DNA of 64,000 nt from Selaginella moellendorffii (taxonomy: Eukaryota; Plantae; Lycopodiophyta), in assembly GCF_000143415.4 (NCBI RefSeq), contig NW_003314261.1:3340880-3404879 (forward strand), in the 5' to 3' direction. Under the pieces are notes generated by a model, which had not been told where the DNA came from, did not search any database, and saw only the letters and a list, made by a program, of their open reading frames with translations. Positions within the stretch are counted from its first letter, which is position 1; each line of letters starts with the position of its first letter. The position numbers and the translations under genes were made by a program. Shown piece by piece: positions 1 through 12,681 of the stretch.

Positions 1-2899
1 TGGCTCCTGCTGCTGCTGGTTTTAATTCGATTTTTTCTTCCTCTCTTTCACTCTCTTTGTTGCGCTTGCAGTACGATATCAGATTGGTGATCTGTGCCCG
101 GCTAGATCTCCTCCCGAGGACCTGTGCTCGTCGCTCCGCTTTAGCTTTTCTTATAAGATTGTTCTCGGACACTGATCGTGAGGTTTACAGATAAAAAGCC
201 ACCGGAGTCGAGAGATTCGCTACGAGAAAGCAAGCTGGTTTCCAGTACCCCTCTCTCAAGATCTCTTTTGGAAGGGACTGTGGAGATATAGCCGTCCATA
301 TTCCCATGTTTCAAAGCTTTGGACGCTAGAAACACACACGACGGACAAACAAGCTGTGGCTTAAAAGGGTGGCCTTTTGCATTTTGTACCACCCTCAGAG
401 TAATGGTGAACATGTGCTCGCTGGCTTTCTAAAGTTTTCTCAACACTGACTGGGTGATCGATCGCCCCTCCTTCACACTCCATCGAATTCTTATTTTCAT
501 CATCTTCACCATCGGCTTTAGAACAATTCACAATGATTTTGCCTTGTGGGTCGAGGGAGCGAATCATGTTTTGTCTGCTTTATCGCAAAGTATTTTTGAT
601 CTCCAGCAGCTGCAGTGTAAAAAGTAAAAACGAAAAACATGCGGGTGAAAAACTTGGATGGTGCACGCGTGTGCTGGAAACGAATCATCAGGACCATTCT
701 CTGCTCTTGGTGTTTTCTTTGTATTGCTTCTTGGGCAGTCAGCCAGGCAGGACCAGCTGCTCCCAGCAATCATTTACTCCCAAAGCAGAGCCAAAGAGAA
801 AATTTGCCAGGTATTGTTTCCTGGGTGATTTGGGAAACTTCAGAGGAGAATTAAGCACACACCAGGACTTCATGAACCAGGTCCCATTCTACAACCTTAC
901 ACCAGCCAGCAGAAGCAGCTAGCAACTGCGAAACTGACCACTCAGCCCAGATGTTACTGCCATCCAGGAAAACAGAGAAAAAATATGAAAAAATTATGAG
1001 GAAGATGAAAAATTGCAGCTTTTCGAGGTGAATGGAGAATTGGCAGCTTTGCCCATAATTTTTTAATCCAATATCTCTGCCTGCTGTCTCTGCAAATTAG
1101 TTAGATCACTGTTGCATGCTGTGAAAATTTTGTCTGACCATTTTTCTTGGCTGTGGACTATGACCAGGCCACCTCCATCCCTCTTTATTCCTTGGACAGG
1201 ATTGAGCTAGCTATGCGGTGGGGCACCAAGCAAGCAATTGCACCATGAGGAGGGAGGAGCAAAAGATTTCCAGAGACAGGCCCAAATTGGCTGTCCAAGG
1301 AAAACAAATCTCAACACTCACAAACAAGGTCAACTGTTTTTTATTCACAAACACAACAATGGATGATCTCAAGTCTGGGCTCACACCACCACACCAGCAC
1401 ATTTGAATTGATTTGGTTTTGGGATCTTGTCCCTTTGTGTACTTTTTGTAGAGGATTATATAGTTTGAGAGAAAGCCTAGCTCTAGCTATGCATGTCTTT
1501 TCAGACAAATTACTTTGTTTTCCCTAGGGGATGTTTGGAAGCTACCATACCCAAAACATTAGCCTTGATTCAAGGCCAAGAAATGCAAAAACTAAGTGTA
1601 AACTTCTCACAACCATGTGGTTGCATATGCCTTGTTTTTAAGGAGAGGATGTAAAATTTTCATGTAAGATTCAATGCGTTTGTTTTGCATGGCTACAAGA
1701 AATTTTAATATGCTCTTTGAGAGTGATGGGATTCGATCCCCGGTCGGATCACAAACTAATTAAGTTCGTTACGGGTACTGGGAATCGAACCTCCGAGCTG
1801 TTCTCAACGGTCATCTGGTGGCGCCGACCGCCGGTCTGAAGATCCGGTCGGCAAGATTACCCACCGGTCAGCGGCGGCGGGGTTGCCACGCGGGAGAGGT
1901 GAAAGGTAAAAAAGAAAAAAAGCAAACCAAAGCAAAGCGAGGAAAGCAAAGCGTGCCCTGGCTTGCTCTAGCACGGGGAGGAAAGCAAACGGGCATATTT
2001 CTCTTGCGCTCTAGGCTAGCTCGAGCTCGCGATCTTGATCTTGATCGATATTTCGAGCGCTAATCAGGCGCCGTTGCGCCGATAGATCTGAATTGCGGGG
2101 GAAATTCCCGGCTATCGATCGATCCGCGGAGATGCTGAGCTGCGTCGTCGGCCAATGCAGGTGATGGAAGTGCGAGCACGGCGAGTGGAGGAGGCTATGC
2201 CGCCCGCCGGCGGTGATCGTAAATGTAAGCGTGAGAGGTTTCTATCATCTCCTTTCCTCTCTTTTCTTGATTTCTTGCTTTCATTCCTCTATCGGTTTCC
2301 GATTCATTCATCGCTGTGCCGTGTACTCTGTCCCTCTTTCTCCCAAAGGCGTGAACGAATGTGAAAAAGATTGGAGGCAGTACCAGTGATTATAGCGTAG
2401 CTCCTCGTCCTGGTTGCGTATATCCTGTTTCTCGAGAATTTGGTCGAAGTGATCGCTTGATTCTTTCTTTCCTTTTCTTCCTTGCTGGAGCTAAGAACTG
2501 GACAAATCCTTTGATTATTCCACCGACAGATTTCCCTCTACGGTACGAAGAGATCGCAAATTTGGGGCATTCGCGCAAGCGGCAGGGGCAGCTGCGGCGG
2601 CGATCCTCGTAGCGTCTGGCCAGAAAGTAATGGATGGAACAACACGGTGCTGATTTTCATTGAGTTTGAAGATGCTAAGGAGAAGCCTTGTCGCAAGCGA
2701 AGAATACGAATTCGCGAATGGGGGTTCGCGCAGCAGCGGCGTGGAGTGCTGTCCAGGGCCTGGGTTCTTCTGATATAAAATTGGGATTCACGGATTTTCG
2801 CCAAGAAAGGTGAGTTCTTCTTCTTGCCGCAAATTTAAAGCTTCTCAATTGTTTCCATCGTGATCTTTCAGAGCAGCTTATGCACCGGAGAGAGTGTCA

Positions 2900-5459
2900 A
2901 TGCTGCAAGGTAGAAGTAGGCACACCAGAGTCGGGAGCAAAAACGATGTAAGCTTCTTTTCTTGCTCCTTGCGCGTTTTGCTAGTACTTTTTTTTTTTTT
3001 CTCTCTTTTCCTTTTTTTCTTGTTGCCTTCCCGTGATCAGTCGAGATCTGATAATTTTTTCTGTTCGAAGGTCGTTGTCGGGCGAAGGAATGGGCTTAGG
3101 GAGCGGAGAATTGAGCTGGAGCAAGATGTATGTCTACGTTCTGGATTCATATGGTTGATATCTTTTGTCGTGTGTTTGTCAGGTCGCAGGGTTGCGAAGG
3201 AAGCTGATCCAGGAGGAAAATGTCCACAAGGCACTGCAGCGAGCTTTCAATCGACCAATCGGGGCGATACCCAGAGTTCCACAGTATCTTCCGGCTAAGG
3301 TATGCTTCTAGAGTTAAATTTGAGCAAAGGCATTAATATGTTCATTTATTTGCTGCAGACCCGGAAGCTCCTGGCCGAAGTAGCAGTTCTAGAAGAAGAG
3401 GTGGTGCGGCTGGAGGACCGTGTACTGTGCTTACAACAGGATTTAACCGATGAAGCCGTCTACACGTCAATGTTCTCTGCACAACAGAAAGCCGATGCAG
3501 CGGCCAGCTTGAGGAAAGCCAAGCTGTTTTCGGCCGGAGATAAGCGAGCAGCAGCAGGGAAGAAGGACGTTTTGATCGCACAGCTACTGCCGTCGGTAAG
3601 AAAGGATGACCAACAACACCAGCAACAAAAGCAACAGCAGGAAGTGGCTACTGAAAGCGTGAAGAAGAAAGGCTTGCAAGTTCAAAAGGCGTCTATAGCC
3701 AACGAGGTATCCAATCCGGATCAAGCCGCGGCCAGGAATTTACACAAGTCTCAGCTGCTCAACTCGAATGGATTCGTGAAAGGTGTCAGGGAGAAGTACT
3801 TTGGGATCGGCCCGAACGTTAAGCTATCCGTCATTCAAGAGGAAGAACGTGAGAAGGAGAATCTGCAGCAGCAACAGCTCAAGAAAGCCAATCAGGACGT
3901 TGAGACTGTTACATTTTCCAGAGAAGAGACGGACAAGGAACTATTACCAGCAAGCACCACAGCGAAGGTACGTAATTTGTAAGTTTATTCAGGCTCTTTG
4001 GTTGAGTGACACGAGTATGGTTTTATTTACAGACCGAACTTCATACAAGTTTTAAGGCTCCAACAGTCTCAGCAAAACCTCCCACTCCTACTGCTTCTGC
4101 TGAGAAGTCGAAGCTGAGCGGACCAAACAGGGTCTCTGAAGAGCTGGTGAAGTGCCTGATGGGAATCTACGGAATGATGACGAGACTGTACTCGCTCTCC
4201 GATTCGGACGCCTCGTCCGTTATTTCCAGGTCCACATTCTCGAGCTTTAGCTCGCAGACAAAGAGCTCGTCCTCGAGCAGCTACACGACGGCCAAGAACG
4301 CCTCGGATTTCTCACTCGAGCTCGACCGTGATCCATATGGAGTCTGCTGCCAAGGATGTCAGTCTCGGGACGTCGGTCCCTACAGGCACTTCCAGAACAT
4401 TGGTGCCGATTCCTTTGACTACAGCAGGATACCAAACTCGGCATCCTTGTTCCGGAGACTGAGGTGAGGTTGTGATTGTATCTTTTCCAGATACTTAAGT
4501 TTTTTTCTTTCTTGCAATCGATGCAGAGTTTTGATAGGCAAGCTGGCGGGGGTCGATCTACAACATATGACTCGACAGCAGAAGCTGGCATTTTGGATTA
4601 ACGTATACAACGCATGCATGATGCATGTAAGTTTTTGTCCGGCTTCGTGTTTGTCTTGTTTTTAATTCTCGCTTTACACCCGACTCCACTCGCTCACACT
4701 TCCGTCATGCTTGTGTAGGCTTTTCTCGAATACGGGATCCCTTGTGGTCCTCATCAAGTTGTTGGGCTTATGCGGAAGGTATGCTTATAGATGTGTGTCT
4801 GATCTGCTAATCCCATTTTCATTCATCTCCAGGCAACGCTAAATGTCGGAGGATACACACTCAACGCTCTTGCAATCGAGCACTTTATCCTCCGCCTTCC
4901 CTCCCACTCAAAACAAGTAAGCTATTCTCTTTTCTATACCAATCAAGTCACGGCTGATGGATGGATCTTTCTGCTTTGCCAGGCTTTTGTAAAGCTAACA
5001 AGTAAAGATAAGGCACACATCCAGAACAACTTGGGACTTGAGTGGCCCGAGCCACTTGTCTGCTTCGCACTTTGCTGCGGTAGCAAGTCTTCACCAGCTG
5101 TAAGTTTGTCTTTGTTTTTCTGTCTTAGAAAAAAGGAAAGAAATCACGGAACGTTCTTCCAGGTCCGCGTGTACACGGCTGGCGACGTGGAGAACGAGCT
5201 GGAGGCCGCAAAGAAGGAGTACCTCCAGGCGGCGGTGGGAGTGAGCCAGAGCAAAGGCAAAGTCCTCATCCCAAAGCTGCTCGACTGGAACCTGCGGGTG
5301 TTTGCGAAGGACAGGGAGTCCCTGGTGGAGTGGATCTGCGACCAGCTCCCGGGCGACCTCCAGCGCGAGCTCCAGAGATGCATCGGCCGCTGCTCGCCAT
5401 CGCCGCCCCTCCAGGTGATGCCATATGACTTCAACTTTCGTTACTTGTTGACAGCGTAG
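2900..5459 (+). CDS. DUF547 / ternary complex factor MIP1 leucine-zipper family protein, about 10 exons; start codon uncertain
   Basis: Spliced exons read [10 protein letters not shown] / [39 protein letters not shown] / [19 protein letters not shown], then [86 protein letters not shown] introns. Confidence 0.9.
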
Positions 5460-6240
5460 AAGCAAAAGCCCAGTCCAACGAGAGAGAATCAAACCGGGGA
5501 AAGCTCGAGGATTGATCAGCCTGATCAAGTCACTGTGACACAGGACAGAGAAAAAGAAGGAGAGAACCATCGCCGCCGCTGCCTCGCTGCCACCGTCGCC
5601 GCCACCTTTGTGTATCTGTACAATATAAATTACTTACTGATCGCCAATATAATGGAGTGAAAAGAGCACTCATTTACTGTCGCGAAGACGAAGAAGTTGC
5701 CGTTGCTATCGCCAAAACTGTTAGTGGCATTCATTCAAGAGGGGTCTCGATCGATCTTTCTCACTGGGCATTGACGTTTGTGCTCGGGCAAGGGCCTCAT
5801 GCTTGCAGCCGAGGCCAGAACATCAAAACAGGGACGTTTTGGGACCTTTTAAAGTGTGATGGTCACCCTGAAGAAATAGAAGCCCAGTACGTAAATCTCA
5901 CATTGATGGAGAAAAATTGACATTGGGAAGATCCTGGAAGGAATAAAAGCACGACTTACCCCACCGTACGAGTTGAACCACATTTTCCATACATTTCCTC
6001 TTGGGACATCTTTTCCAACACACAGTCAGTGATAATAAAATCAATTTGCATCCATTGCATTGTGGTCTCCTCCAGCCCAAAAACATGTAATAATTAGAAG
6101 ATATTGAGAAATTTGAAGGCCTTCTAGCTAGAAGAGAACATAACCACGATCCACACTAAAGAGTGTCTTGCAATTGAGTGACCTCTCACATCGCGTTTCA
6201 TACAAAAAACAAAAATTCTAGAACATCAATCTCATCCTCT

Positions 6241-6576
<336 letters not shown>

Positions 6577-6689
6577 CCTCTTCGCGCACGCAAAACCCTC
6601 CCTGCCCTAAATTAGCCCTAAGTTTGTGTCCCCGATCGACGGTCCTTATGGAATTGGATTATCGAACGGCCCCTCAATTAATCACATTA

Positions 6690-6845
6690 GTGTAACCCTA
6701 AACCAGAAACCTTTATGAAAATTTCAAACTAAAATATTTGGACCGTCCGGATGGGGAAAGATCTGACGGTGAAACGGCCATAAGGTATAAAAGGTGCTTC
6801 ATTTAGACCCTAGAAACCCTAATATAAAGGCGAGTTTTGAGCTAG
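6690..6845. promoter_or_regulatory. Telo-box motifs in the divergent promoter between RPS30 and the Pro-rich gene
   Basis: AACCCTAA near 6694 and AAACCCTAAT near 6834. Telo-boxes are typical of plant ribosomal-protein promoters. Confidence 0.5.
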
Positions 6846-6888
6846 AAGCGGTGAGTTCCATTTTTCTCTCTGGTAAGACGCTAGCGCT

Positions 6889-8253
6889 ATGGCTCGCCAC
6901 ATCGCCGCCACTCCGCCACCGGCGCCGTCGCATCATCAGGCACACAACAGGAGGAGGAGCGCGCCGCCGCCCAAGAGCGAAAAACCATCGCCAAGGAGGG
7001 CGTCATCTCCGCCGCCGCCACCGCCGCCGCCTCCAGCAAAGACGGTCAAGCCCAAGTCCCCACCAGCGAAGCCGAGGCACAGCAGCGGCCATCCTCCAGC
7101 TACAGGGCCGCCACCTTCTTCCGATACAATCACTTGGCGTCCAAGGAGGTTTGGGCCGCCGCCACCTCCCGCTCACGACACGATAGTATGGCAACCAAGG
7201 CCGCCATCGCCGCCTTCGTCACTCGGCTGGAGCTCCTCCACTATTGCTCCCCCTCCGGCATCGTTATCGCCATCAGCAGCGGCAGCTGCAGCGTTTGCGA
7301 CGCCGCCTGGGCTGCTCGTGGCAGGCATCGTCATGTTCCTGCTTGCTATAGTGGCCATCGTCACCAGCATCTGGATACTCTGCAAGAGGAGGAGAGACAA
7401 GGTGGCTGACAGCATTTTGGTGGAGTACGTCGGGAGCAGCCATTTTCCTGGCGATGGCAGCAGCAGCAAGCGAGATTGCATCATACCCTTGAGCGAGATC
7501 GAGGATGCACGGCTCAGGGACAAGCTCGGTGCCTTCGTCCGAGAGAAGCAGCAGGAGCATCTTCAACCGTCGCAGCTAAATGCCAGTCCTCCAAGGCGCT
7601 TGCCTCCTTCGGCATTTTTCGGCGGTGTCCGCCCCGTGGATCCAATCGTTGGGGCTCCAGTTCAACACCACCTGATGGAGGTGCCAACTTATGAGGACGA
7701 GATCCGGGGAAGCACGGTGGAGTATCCTCCGATCTTCCATGGCTTCGCTCCCACGCAGCACGTCCACGAGCTTGCAGATGAGCCGCCAAGAACTTCTGTC
7801 TGCCGTCGCGATCCAAGTGCTGCACGTCGAAGCGACTACATCGAGCAGCGTTATCAACGAGACCAAGCCAAGGTTGTGGATCCAGTGTGTCGTCCTGACA
7901 CCGTGTTCGATCCTGGAGATGATTGGGTTGCTCGGCTGGGGGCAGCAATAGAGAAGCGAGAAGAAATGGAGAAACAGATCCAGAGGATCATCGAGTTTGG
8001 GATGAAGAAGCCCCGCGTCAAACACGTCCACCGGTAAGTTTTCGTGCTTGATAGAAAGAACAAGCGACTAATGGAGCTGTTTTTAGGAGCCGTGAGGTGT
8101 ATAAGCACGTGGCTGCGACAGCCAATTCCGGAACTAGTCTTTGCGTACACGATTCGGACGCCCAGGTAAATACCACTTCCTGAGTTTAGAGATTATAACT
8201 TTCGTTTGAACTAGCCTTCCACCTCGGAGGCTAACCTTGAGCTCGGAACGTAG
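6889..8253 (+). CDS. Proline-rich (extensin/PERK-like N-terminus) single-pass membrane protein without a kinase domain; probable exons 6889-8034, 8087-8165, 8215-8253
   Basis: 382-aa ORF with a Pro-rich N-terminus, TM segment LLVAGIVMFLLAIVAIVTSIWIL and a CKRRR stop-transfer motif. The ORF stop overlaps a CG|GTAAGT donor, and two small downstream exons stay in frame. Confidence 0.6.
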
Positions 8254-9968
8254 GAACGGAAGGAGGTACGCTTTTCAGTCGTTTTGGATTGATGGTTGGT
8301 AGGAAGGATCACAAGCAAAACTCTCGTTTTTTAAACCGGAAAAAAGGAAGAAAAGACGGATGCATAAGCAAAAAGCTCTTGGCATTCATCACTTATTTAT
8401 TTTAAAAGGATGAAACCATGGGGAAACATGGAATTCCCTTCATCCTTCAGAGGAGACATGACAAAAAACACCATGAGGAGATGACAAACAAAAGACACCA
8501 TATCAAAGCGACTTTGTAGATTATACAAAGGCTTTTGTTTTAAATGTTTGAGAATATTAGATTTATCTTTTATGGTTTTCAATGTTTGAGAATATTGACA
8601 GAATAGTGGAGAATGCAGCTTCTTTTTTTATTCTCACACTCATATTGGAAAACTAGAATTAAAAAGATTCAACTTTGGTCTTGGCCTTAATCTCTTGGGA
8701 CTTAGATGATGGATTGATCATCAGAGTGCTGCAAAAATGCTTTAAATTTGCTCATGGAACATAAAATTGGGTTATGCCAACTAATCATTTTAGGAACACC
8801 TTGGTTGATTTGGAATTGCAAATGGTTTAGTGGATCTAAAACTTTTCTCTTATAACATGTAACGAAGGTCTACAGTTATTACAAAACCATAGGGACAGTC
8901 TAGTTCTTATAACTCCAATGCACTGAATTGTGTTATTTCATTTCTTCGTTTCTTGTTTAGCAAGAATTATTGTGTCATTAATATCACCATCCTACCATAA
9001 AATCCTATGATTTTCTTCTGCTTCATCCTTAAGTAACCCAATTACGCGTTCTCCTAAATCTCGTAAGTTTATCTCGACGTTAAAGTCGTCAACCTCTCCC
9101 ACGTCCACTGTTAGACAACTGAAAGGGAACCTTGCAATTTGGTCTTTGTCATAAAATAAGCTTCTTTGCTCTTTGCTGAAATGGCTGAAATTTATTACTT
9201 ATGGTTGAACCCAATACATCGCTATTTGTACCTGTTCTGATTTCTCTATTACTTTTATGTCTTAACCCCAAGAGAAAGAAGGCCCCCGACTTCTTCCAGT
9301 CTGATACTTCCTTTACCAGCGTTTCTCTCATTTTTGTAGGTCACTTCCAGAGATAACTGCGGCTGTCTAGGCAGCCTAACTGACTTAGAAGTGTACAGGA
9401 TATCAAGCTCCTTTGAAGAGCCATCATACAACTATTTTTTGGAATTTCTTATGATAACCAAATCCATACCTAAGGAATGATTGTGAAGTCATTGCACCCA
9501 AATGTATACTCATTTGGATTATCGTTTTCATCTCTACATATACAACAAAACTAATTACCCAATCTCATTAAATAGTACTCATTTTTGCAAATCCAAGCCA
9601 TGAAATGCTGCCTGTGAGGATAACCTGTTTTCTATCCATCCTACAACCCCTATGAACATCACTATGGTCACCGTAAAGGTAGACAGATCCCAACCTACTG
9701 TCCCGCACTGTAACAACGAAGTTTACCTGCCATGGCGATTCAATTGGTGTACACCAAGCCTTGTACGAATCTACACAAATGTTATCAACTACCTTGTAAG
9801 GACCTCCATCAATGCCCATCTTCATCCCTGACGAGAGCCTGTCAATTTTGGAAGATGAAAAGCAGTCATCCTTCGCCAGCTGCCCAGACCTAAATAGATC
9901 GAGACCTTTTAGATTAGGGCTTAGCTTTCAAAATTTGTAAGAATATTATTTAGAAGATAGTTTGTCGC

Positions 9969-12458
9969 TCAACTTTGCACGGTGTTTGCCATGAGCATAT
10001 AGCCCGCGCCAGAGGCATCGTCCTTCGCACGATCCGAGAGCTCAAACGCAACCTTGGCCACCTCCACATTCTTGGATCGAGCGCAAGCCCCCAGCACCGA
10101 CCTCCACGTAACCTCATTCGCCTCGAGTGGCATCCCCCTCACCATCGCCACCGCTTCATCGATCTCCCCCGCGCGCCCCAGCGAATCGGCCATGCAGTGG
10201 TAGTGCTCGATCCTGGCCTCCACCCTCTCCTCCCTGCGCATCTCCTCGAACTTCTCCCGGCACTCGTCCACCAGCCCAGCATGACTGCACGCCGTGAGCA
10301 CCGAGAGGTAGCTCACCGCGTCTCGTCGCACGCCTTCCTCTCGCATCGCTTCCAGGAGGCCGAGAGCTCGGCTGGTCATTCCCTGGTGGCTGTATCCCGC
10401 GAGAAGAGCGTTCCAGGTGACCACGCCCCGGCTTGGCATCGCGTCGAATGCCTGCTGCGCGTCGGCCGGGCTCCCACACTTCGCGTAGCAGCTCACCAGG
10501 CAAGTCCCGAGCACCGGATCGCTCTCCATCCCCAGCCGGCATATCTCGCAGTGGAGTAGCTTGACAGCGCTCACGTCCGCCATGGCCTCGCAAGCCTTGA
10601 GCCCCGCGGCGAGAGCTTTCACGTCGAGGGCGATGCCTGTGGCTTTCATCCGCTGGAGCATCTCCAAAGCCAGTACGCCATCTCCGGCCGCGGCGTGTCC
10701 CTGTATGAGCACTGTCCAGGTCACTACCCCGCGGGAGCTCGAGTCGATCGAGAGGAACGCGCTGCTTGCGTCCGCCATGCTGCCGCACTTCGCGTAGAGA
10801 TCCACCAGGCAATTTGTAACGAAGGCGAGGTCGTCGGGTTTGAGCCCCGCCTTGGTTGCCAAGGTGTGTATCGCCATACCCCGCTCGAGAGCTTTCGCCT
10901 TGAGAAGTTTGCCATCCATTGCAGTCCCTGCTTCCTTCTCCGACAAGCTCAAGCACGCCTGCAGAGCAGCAACGAAGACGGGGCCGTCCAACGAAGCACA
11001 GCCGTTTCGATCGACGAGCTGCTCGAACAGGCCAAGAGCCAGCTCCCCTCCATCGCTCTCTGCATAGCCAAGCATCAGCTCAGTCCACGAAGCGAGATCG
11101 CGAAGCCTCATCCTCTCGAATACCTTGTTAGCGTCAACGAGGCTTCCACACTCCACGTACATGTGAATCAGCGCGTTTCCAAGCACCAAGGCCGAGCCGA
11201 AACCATGTCGCACGGCCTCCGAGTGTAAGAACATCCCCATCTCCAGCGCCGCCACCTTTAGAAGCTGCTTGCCATGATCGACTCGAGATCCATCCTCTTT
11301 GGCTGCTACGCCCGTGCAAGCCTTGACTGCCGCTACAAAGCTTCTCGCGTCCGGCCGGGAGTTCGACGCGATCATGCTCGGGAAGAGATCCAGTGCAGCC
11401 TCGGCCTCGTTGTTTTCAACGTATCCCAGAATCAAGGCGGTCCAGGAAACCACTGTGTGACGAACCATCCGGTCGAAAACCTTCCGAGCATCAAGCATCG
11501 TCCCGAGCTTCCCATACAAGTCCACAAGAGTGTTGGCGACGAACACATCCAGATCAAACCCGAACGAAGCAGCTTGCGAGTGAAGAGCCATGCCTTTCTC
11601 CAAAGCAGCAAGCCTCTGCCCATCTTCGGCTACCAGGCCGGAGCAAGCCTTGAGAGCAGCAACAAACGTCCGAGCGCTTGGAGCACAATAGCTCTCCCTT
11701 CTCTGCATCCTCTCAAACATCTCTAGCGCCACCTTCTCCTCTCCATTCTCCGCGTAGCCCATGATCAACGAGGTCCACGACACCGCATCCGGGAGCTTGA
11801 TCTTCTCAAACACCTCTCGAGCAAGCAACATGCTTCCACAGTTGGAGTACATATCCACCAGCGCATTTGAAACGAAGATCCCTGTATCCATCCCAGCTTT
11901 CCCAGCTCGCAAGTGGACAGCAATCCCTGCCTTAAGTGCTGCTTCTTTTCTCGGAAGCTCTTCCTGTCCATCACCCTCGAGCTCTTCCTGCTTAGCAACG
12001 CTGCTGCAAGCCTTGATTCCAGCCACAAAAGTCCGAGCGTTTGGCTTACAGCCTTCCTCTTGGAGCCTGTAGAAGCACTGCAAAGCCAAGCTTCCCTGTC
12101 CATTCTCACTGTATCCATAGACCAGCGTCGTCCAAGTCACCACATTCTGGCAAGCAATTCCCTGGAACACCACCTCGGCGTCCCTGACACTTCCACACCT
12201 GAAGTACATGTTTAGCAGCGAGCTCGCAACGTAAATGTCTGAATCCTCCCGGCCACATCTCACGGCCGCTGCGTGAAGTCTTTTGCCTCTCTGTAAATCT
12301 CGTGAGCTGCCGCAAGCTCTCAGCTGAGAGACCAAGCTTCCTGTCCTGCCTTCCTCGCTTAAGTTCGCAAGGATGTGGGTCTCTCTGGCTTCACTGTTGT
12401 TAAGCATGCTAGAATGAAAGAAAAAATTCGAGGCTTACATCTGATAGTGCCGGCTCAT
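9969..12458 (-). CDS. PLS-class pentatricopeptide repeat protein with E-like C-terminus and no DYW; candidate organellar RNA-editing factor
   Basis: 812-aa ORF with repeated P-L-S triplets (VVTWTTLVYGYSENG, FVSNALVDMYSNCGS, EHYHCMADSLGRAG, VTWRSVLGAC). A probable short first exon MSRHYQ (12458-12439) splices in phase. Confidence 0.93.
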
Positions 12459-12681
12459 CCTTTCTCTTGGAAGAGAGAAAACATACCAAAATGCCGCGCC
12501 ATACTCACAGAAACTCGCCTCTCTTCTTTTACCTATAAAGGGCCCTAACTTCTCTCTGCAAAAAACATTAAGAAAAGCTATGAACTGGAAAAACACAACA
12601 CTACTGGGTTAAGTTTTATTGCGAGTGAAATTTACGGATCCAAAAATTTAGATAAAAATCAAAGCCGCGTACCAGATCGTT

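Noticed and set aside
1-1700. Short ORFs (60-129 aa) and a possible miRNA or TAS locus
   Set aside because: No family motifs, no conserved plant miRNA sequence and no convincing hairpin found by eye. The region is left unexplained, probably UTR, intron or promoter.
5657-5920. 87-aa ORF between DUF547 and RPS30
   Set aside because: Non-ATG start and no assignable family; at most a gene relic.
9975-12315. Many overlapping alternative-frame and antisense ORFs over the PPR gene (likewise over the decarboxylase, FANCF-like and methyltransferase genes)
   Set aside because: Expected shadow ORFs of GC-rich coding sequence.
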